From an uncultured Chlamydiae bacterium (GTDB taxonomy: Bacteria; Chlamydiota; Chlamydiia; Chlamydiales; SM23-39): a stretch of 64,000 nucleotides of DNA. Below are positions 59,202 to 64,000 of this stretch, one piece after another. How positions within the stretch are numbered: position 1 is the first letter of the stretch; each line of letters opens with the position of its first letter. Below the pieces are notes generated by a model, which searched no databases, had not been told where the DNA came from, and saw only the letters and a program-made list of their open reading frames with translations. The DNA lies in NCBI GenBank assembly GCA_963730605.1, contig CAVSSM010000002.1, positions 192,001 through 256,000 on the forward strand, written 5' to 3'. A program made the position numbers and the translations under genes.

Positions 59202-60008
59202 TCAATCGTCCATGTAAGGAATGACCAAGGGAGCGCAGTAGTGGCATCCCATGTCTAGCGTTCGGATTTTTTGCATCTCTTCTTTGGATAAGCGAAAATC
59301 GAAAACGTCCAGATTGGCCTTGAGATGTTTTAGGCTCGATGCCTTCGGGATGGCGGCGATGTCTTGCTGGACAAGCCACCTGAGCGCTACCTGGGACGCG
59401 GTTTTGCCGTGGGCTCTTCCGATCTCTCGCAACACCGGATCTTTTTCTAAAGCGCCTTTTGCAAGAGGCCGGTAGGCCACGATTCCGATGCCCTGTTTCT
59501 TGCAGTAAGCGGCGAGGGCTTTTCGTTGCAGATAAGGGTGCATTTCGATTTGATTGGCAAGGATCGGAAACTCTAGAAAATTCCTGAGATGATTCCGGAC
59601 GAAATTGCTGACGCCGATGGCGCGGACAACCCCAGTTTCTAACAATCGGCACATCGCTTTGAGAGTCTTTCCCATGTCCACATCTGGATTTGGCCAGTGG
59701 ATGAGAAGAAGATCCAGGTAGTCCGCCTTTAGCTCCTTCAAAAACCGGGCTACCGCTTTTCGTACTTGGCTTGGCGCAAGGTCTTCTTGACGGATCTTCG
59801 TCGTAAGGAAAAGCTGTTCTCTTGAGAAGCGCCGGATGGAGCGGCCAATAGCCTCATGGTTTTCATAGTAATCGGCGGTGTCGATGTGGCGATAGCCAAG
59901 ATCCAAGCTCTTCGACAGAACCGACTCGCATTCTTTGCCGCGGAGCCTCCAAGTGCCAAGTCCGATCAATGGGATCCCTGTCTTTTTCTGGATGGGGGCG
60001 GGTTTCAT
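59202..60008 (-). CDS. aldo/keto reductase
   Basis: GLGTW, GYRHIDTA, DLLLIHWP, IGVSNF, IPKAS. Confidence 0.92.
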   Translation of the reverse strand: MKPAPIQKKTGIPLIGLGTWRLRGKECESVLSKSLDLGYRHIDTADYYENHEAIGRSIRRFSREQLFLTTKIRQEDLAPSQVRKAVARFLKELKADYLDLLLIHWPNPDVDMGKTLKAMCRLLETGVVRAIGVSNFVRNHLRNFLEFPILANQIEMHPYLQRKALAAYCKKQGIGIVAYRPLAKGALEKDPVLREIGRAHGKTASQVALRWLVQQDIAAIPKASSLKHLKANLDVFDFRLSKEEMQKIRTLDMGCHYCAPLVIPYMDD

Positions 60009-60013
60009 GCTTG

Positions 60014-61783
60014 TTACAATATTCCTTTAGATAGAGCTTCTAGCTCTTCGTAGAGACGATCGATCTCTTTTTGACGATGGCCTAAAGAGCGGAGCAGTTC
60101 TGGAGAATGGTCGCCCTCTTCGAGTGCTTTTTGGGCCGCTGTTTGCTCCGCTTCGAGCGCAATGATCCTCTCCTCGCACTCCTTGATTTTTTTCTCGCTG
60201 CCCTTTTTAGGAGGCATCGTTTGCCTGCGGGCGGCAGGCTTGGCAGCTTTGGGAGGAAGAGCATTGGTCGGCGGCGCCTTTTTTTTCTCCTCTTCCCAGC
60301 CGATCTTCTCCAAGAAAAGATCGTAATCGCCCAAAAAGGAGATTTGCCTTCCCTCTTGACAGAGGATGATCCGGTCGAGTTTGAGACGCCTTAAGATGAG
60401 CTCGCTATGGGTGACGATGACCACGGTGCCGGCAAAATCTTCGAGGGCGTCGATGAGCGCTTCCACCGATTCAATGTCAAGATGGTGGGTCGGCTCGTCG
60501 AGCAATAGGAGGTTGCAGGGTTTCGCGAGGATTTTGCCCAAGAGGACCCGGCTTTTTTCCCCGCCGGAGAGTACCGAGATCTTTTTCATCGCCCTGTCTC
60601 CGCCAAACAGCATCTTTCCGGCAATCCCTTTGACTTCGGTCAAATTGAGCTTCGGGTTGGCAAGGGCAATCTCCTCTTCGACTCTGTGATCCGGATTGAG
60701 CCTGCCGATATGAGTCTGGCCAAAATAGCCTACTATGGTGTTTTCTGAGAACTCCAGGCTCCCTTTTTGCGGGACTAAATCGCCGGCGAGCAGTCTAAGG
60801 AGAGTCGACTTCCCCCGGCCGTTCTTTCCGATGATGGCGATCCGCTGCTTCTTTTCCACTTCGAGAAAAACCCCATCGATCAAGGGAGCCTCGGTGTAAG
60901 AAAAATGGATATCCGACATGTCGAGCATCTTTCTTCCGGGAAAAGGGGCTTCATGGAAATGAAACGTAAGATGAGCTAAAGCGTTCAATTTTTCGAGAAC
61001 CGGCTCCCTTTCCAACATCTTTAGGCGGGATTGGGCTTGGACCGCCTTGGTCGCCTTTGCCCCGAACCTCTCGACGAAGCTCATCATATGCGCCTTTTTT
61101 TTCTCCGTCTTGACGCGGGTTCTTTCGTGGACCTCTTCCTCGAGGAATACTTTAGCGAAAAAATCGATCGAGGATCCTTGGATCTTGCGCACCTTGTTTC
61201 GGTGGATTCCCATCGTATGGGTGGAAACTGCGTCCATGAATTCGCGGTCGTGAGTAATGAGGATGAACTCCCCTTTCCACTGCCTCAAAAACCTCTCGAG
61301 AAAGCGGATCGAAAGGATATCGAGGTAGTTTGTCGGTTCATCCAAAAGAAGACAATCGGGCTCAGAAACCAGGACCTTTGCCAGGTGAAGCCTGAGGTGA
61401 TACCCTCCCGAAAAATCGGCCGGATTCTTCTCGAGGTCAGGTTCTGTGAACCCAAGTCCGAAGAGGATCTTTTCCGCCTTGTAAAGATGCTCGGCTTCCC
61501 TCTCGGTCAAGCCGAGCGCCGCTTCTTCCAACAAAGTGGGCTGGGTAAAGCGGATGTGCTGCTGCAGGTAGCCGATCCGGTAGTCGTTCGGGATCGAAAT
61601 CGCCCCCCGGTCAGGTTCCATTTCCCCGACGATCAAACGGAAAAGGGTCGATTTTCCAGAGCCGTTGCGGCCGACAAAGCCGCACCGCTCCGCCCGCTGC
61701 AATGAGAAGGAGACGTTCTCAAAAAGAGGCTCCCCGGAAAAAGAAAGGCTGACATCATCCAATTGAATCATAGATTGAATCAT
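60014..61783 (-). CDS. ABC-F family ATPase
   Basis: Two ABC domains (GRNGSGKS, GKNGRGKS, LLDEPT x2); no TM segments. Confidence 0.92.
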   Translation of the reverse strand: MIQSMIQLDDVSLSFSGEPLFENVSFSLQRAERCGFVGRNGSGKSTLFRLIVGEMEPDRGAISIPNDYRIGYLQQHIRFTQPTLLEEAALGLTEREAEHLYKAEKILFGLGFTEPDLEKNPADFSGGYHLRLHLAKVLVSEPDCLLLDEPTNYLDILSIRFLERFLRQWKGEFILITHDREFMDAVSTHTMGIHRNKVRKIQGSSIDFFAKVFLEEEVHERTRVKTEKKKAHMMSFVERFGAKATKAVQAQSRLKMLEREPVLEKLNALAHLTFHFHEAPFPGRKMLDMSDIHFSYTEAPLIDGVFLEVEKKQRIAIIGKNGRGKSTLLRLLAGDLVPQKGSLEFSENTIVGYFGQTHIGRLNPDHRVEEEIALANPKLNLTEVKGIAGKMLFGGDRAMKKISVLSGGEKSRVLLGKILAKPCNLLLLDEPTHHLDIESVEALIDALEDFAGTVVIVTHSELILRRLKLDRIILCQEGRQISFLGDYDLFLEKIGWEEEKKKAPPTNALPPKAAKPAARRQTMPPKKGSEKKIKECEERIIALEAEQTAAQKALEEGDHSPELLRSLGHRQKEIDRLYEELEALSKGIL

Positions 61784-61821
61784 GGTATAGAAAAAACAGG
61801 AGAAAAACCAAGGGGAAAATC

Positions 61822-62166
61822 ATGAATCTCAAACGAATCATCGGTATTGTAATCTGCATCGGAGGGATCGTTCTGATCTTCGTTTCCAACTACATCAAAA
61901 ACCAAGTCGAGTCGGGAAAAATGCAAATCTCGAGCGCGGAGAGCCAAGTCAGCCAAGGCAAGACTCTTTTCGGCTTGAATCCCGTCTCGAAACAAGTAGG
62001 AAACCAAGTCTTTTTCAATTCGGCTGAAGAGCAAATCAACGCCGGCAAGAAGGATGTCGCCTACTATGAATCGCTCGCAAGCCAGCTTCAGATCGCAGGG
62101 ATCATCGCAATCGTAGTAGGGCTCGGGATCGTCTTCATCCCCTTTCCCAGCCAAAAGAGGAAGTAG
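61822..62166 (+). CDS. small two-TM hypothetical protein
   Basis: Hydrophobic N- and C-terminal helices; AAGGGG RBS. Confidence 0.7.
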   Translation: MNLKRIIGIVICIGGIVLIFVSNYIKNQVESGKMQISSAESQVSQGKTLFGLNPVSKQVGNQVFFNSAEEQINAGKKDVAYYESLASQLQIAGIIAIVVGLGIVFIPFPSQKRK

Positions 62167-62175
62167 GTTCAAGAG

Positions 62176-62331
62176 ATGGTGATCAGAAAACTCTCGACTG
62201 GGCAATACCGGCTCTATTCGCGCAAAAAAAATCCTAAGACGGGAAAGCGGAGGAATTTAGGCACCTTTTCAACGCTCTCCGCTGCGAAACAGCATGAAAG
62301 GGAAGTCCAATTCTTCAAAAGACGCGGCTAA
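62176..62331 (+). CDS. 51-aa basic hypothetical protein, absent from the ORF track
   Basis: MVIRKLSTGQYRLYSRKKNPKTGKRRNLGTFSTLSAAKQHEREVQFFKRRG exactly fills the intergenic gap. Confidence 0.75.
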   Translation: MVIRKLSTGQYRLYSRKKNPKTGKRRNLGTFSTLSAAKQHEREVQFFKRRG

Positions 62332-63626
62332 TAGAGTTCATTCAAATTTAAAAGAAAGGCCTTCATTTTTTCCTTCACCAATTTGGAGTCGGCGCATTGG
62401 CTGACCAAGACGGCAAAGGTAATTTGATCCGTATATCCCGCATAGGTCAAGAGGAGGGACATGGAGCCCGATTTTGCCCTCATGCCGCTTTTCTGTTGAG
62501 GGAGCGATTCAAAAAAAATGGAGAAGTGGTCCGAGCTTTTCATTTTGAGGAGCATCTGGACCAGTTGTTTGGCGGTGATCAGGTTTTTTCTGGAAAGACC
62601 CGATCCATCGGCTATTTTGAAGCCGCCGAGTTCAATGAACTCTCTCCAAAAATCAGTTACGGCTCTGATCCCCGCGGCCGTTGAGCCTTCGCCCTGCACG
62701 GCCAGGCCCATTTGCTTTAAGAGATGCTCGGCATAGAGATTGACGCTCTTTTGATTTGTCCAGTGGACGATCTCCCCGATGGTCGGAGAGGATGTGACAT
62801 GGAATGCCATCCGTTTTTCTTGGCAGCTCAGCTCTTTGCGTTCTAGACGCACGCCTGCCTTTTGCAGCGCTGCCTCGAGAAAATCAGCGGCAGCCTGAGC
62901 GGGGTCAGGAATGGCTCCTTTGATCGAAAACTCAGGCAAGGCTGCAGGGATTGTCCCGCGGATAAACTGGCGAGGAGAGAATTCCGATCCATAAATACAA
63001 GCCTGGTCGCCTGAACCCGCCGGGCCGGTCTTTACCTCGTTTTGAAAAACGACCCCTGTCAGGGGAGGCTCGGTGCGTAAGATCAATGCAGGATCGCCCA
63101 CCTTGACGCCCGGCTTGAAGACGAGAGAATAACTATTCTCATGGAAGGAAAGGGCAGAAGATCCTGCGCCGTAGTAATTCCCCAAATCTTCCCAGGACCA
63201 GCTAGGGACTGCGAGGGCTTTTTCCCATCTGCTTGCATCTCCTATGACCTTCCCTTCGATTCTCCGTATCCCCAGTTTTAGGACCGCATCTTTCCATGCC
63301 GCAATTTGTTTTTCCCAGGGAAGCGAACCGGAGATCCGATCCGAACCGAGGCTTGGGTCCCCTCCTCCTTTGATGTAGAGATTGCCGTGAAGGATCCCGC
63401 CCTCGATCGAGCCGTCGTATTCCAGAAGAGTTGAGAAGCGGCTCTCGGCTCCGAGGATATGAAGAGCCGCGCCGGTCGTCGCGATTTTCATGCAAGAGCC
63501 GGGGGTCAGGCTCAAATCGCTGTTCTGATCGATCAAAACTTCTTGGGTATCGGTTCGCACGGCATAGACGCTGACGAGGGCGTGGTCAATCGTTATTGCT
63601 GCGGCGAGGAGCATGGGGAGCAACAT
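62328..63626 (-). CDS. dacB: D-Ala-D-Ala carboxypeptidase/endopeptidase (PBP4, S13)
   Basis: SCMK, SVN, KSG; GGGDPSL; DGSGLSRKN. Confidence 0.9.
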   Translation of the reverse strand: MLLPMLLAAAITIDHALVSVYAVRTDTQEVLIDQNSDLSLTPGSCMKIATTGAALHILGAESRFSTLLEYDGSIEGGILHGNLYIKGGGDPSLGSDRISGSLPWEKQIAAWKDAVLKLGIRRIEGKVIGDASRWEKALAVPSWSWEDLGNYYGAGSSALSFHENSYSLVFKPGVKVGDPALILRTEPPLTGVVFQNEVKTGPAGSGDQACIYGSEFSPRQFIRGTIPAALPEFSIKGAIPDPAQAAADFLEAALQKAGVRLERKELSCQEKRMAFHVTSSPTIGEIVHWTNQKSVNLYAEHLLKQMGLAVQGEGSTAAGIRAVTDFWREFIELGGFKIADGSGLSRKNLITAKQLVQMLLKMKSSDHFSIFFESLPQQKSGMRAKSGSMSLLLTYAGYTDQITFAVLVSQCADSKLVKEKMKAFLLNLNELY

Positions 63627-63715
63627 ACCGAAAGGTTACGCGATTCTTTGAAAACCCTTCAAGGAGAGCCTAAAAATTTTTTGCCTAGATTTGACCGATG
63701 ATTGAATCCTAGAAC

Positions 63716-64000
63716 TTAAAAATAAGCGTTCAGGGAAAAAAGGCCGTTGATAAACTGGGGCGTGTTCCTTCCCGCCGCTGTAAACCAGATCCCTCCGATC
63801 AATCCAAGGTTCTTTTTAAAATTATACTCGAGCGCTGGAGCCAGGCTGAATTGCTCAGTGGAAGGAAGCCCGGCAGGGGCAGTCGTGCGGCCGGAAAATC
63901 GGCTTCGGTCTCGGTGTTGGTAATGAATGTCGCAGGCCAGAGCCCAATTTAATGAGAGGTTGTATTGGACGGCAATATCGACAAAGAAGATGTTGCCTGG
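63716..64000 (-). CDS. 3' end of a probable outer-membrane beta-barrel protein (partial)
   Basis: Open frame ...FSLAPALEYNF...GGIWFTAAGRN...FSLNAYF stop, terminal Phe. Confidence 0.65.
   Translation of the reverse strand, partial: PGNIFFVDIAVQYNLSLNWALACDIHYQHRDRSRFSGRTTAPAGLPSTEQFSLAPALEYNFKKNLGLIGGIWFTAAGRNTPQFINGLFSLNAYF

Overview
This looks like chromosomal DNA from an environmental (non-Chlamydiaceae) Chlamydiota genome. The evidence is the gene order insulinase-htrA...sucD-sucC-ftsY and hypothetical-priA...lysS...cysS-aas, which follows chlamydial synteny as I recall it, plus MOMP-like, LRR, ankyrin and kinase-like effector-type genes. The window holds a complete TrpR-regulated trp operon with trpD-trpC and trpF-trpB fusions and a terminal DAHP synthase. 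It also has two convergent brnQ genes, alr, dacB, and a rod-shaped RNA candidate (possibly 6S-like) behind a consensus promoter. The most striking unexplained signal is a ~32-bp hairpin module (GGGGTCCCC-N6-G-YAT-C-N6-GGGG) whose stems co-vary. It occurs 9 times: six copies inside four different transposase-less MITE shells, and three in frame inside protein-coding genes, one of them in the PriA zinc-finger region. Three further MITE-like families are present, one nested in another with a clean 5-bp target duplication. sucD and a large Pro-rich protein each carry a frameshift. No rRNA, tRNA, CRISPR array or transposase was recognised. All calls were made by eye, without database searches.
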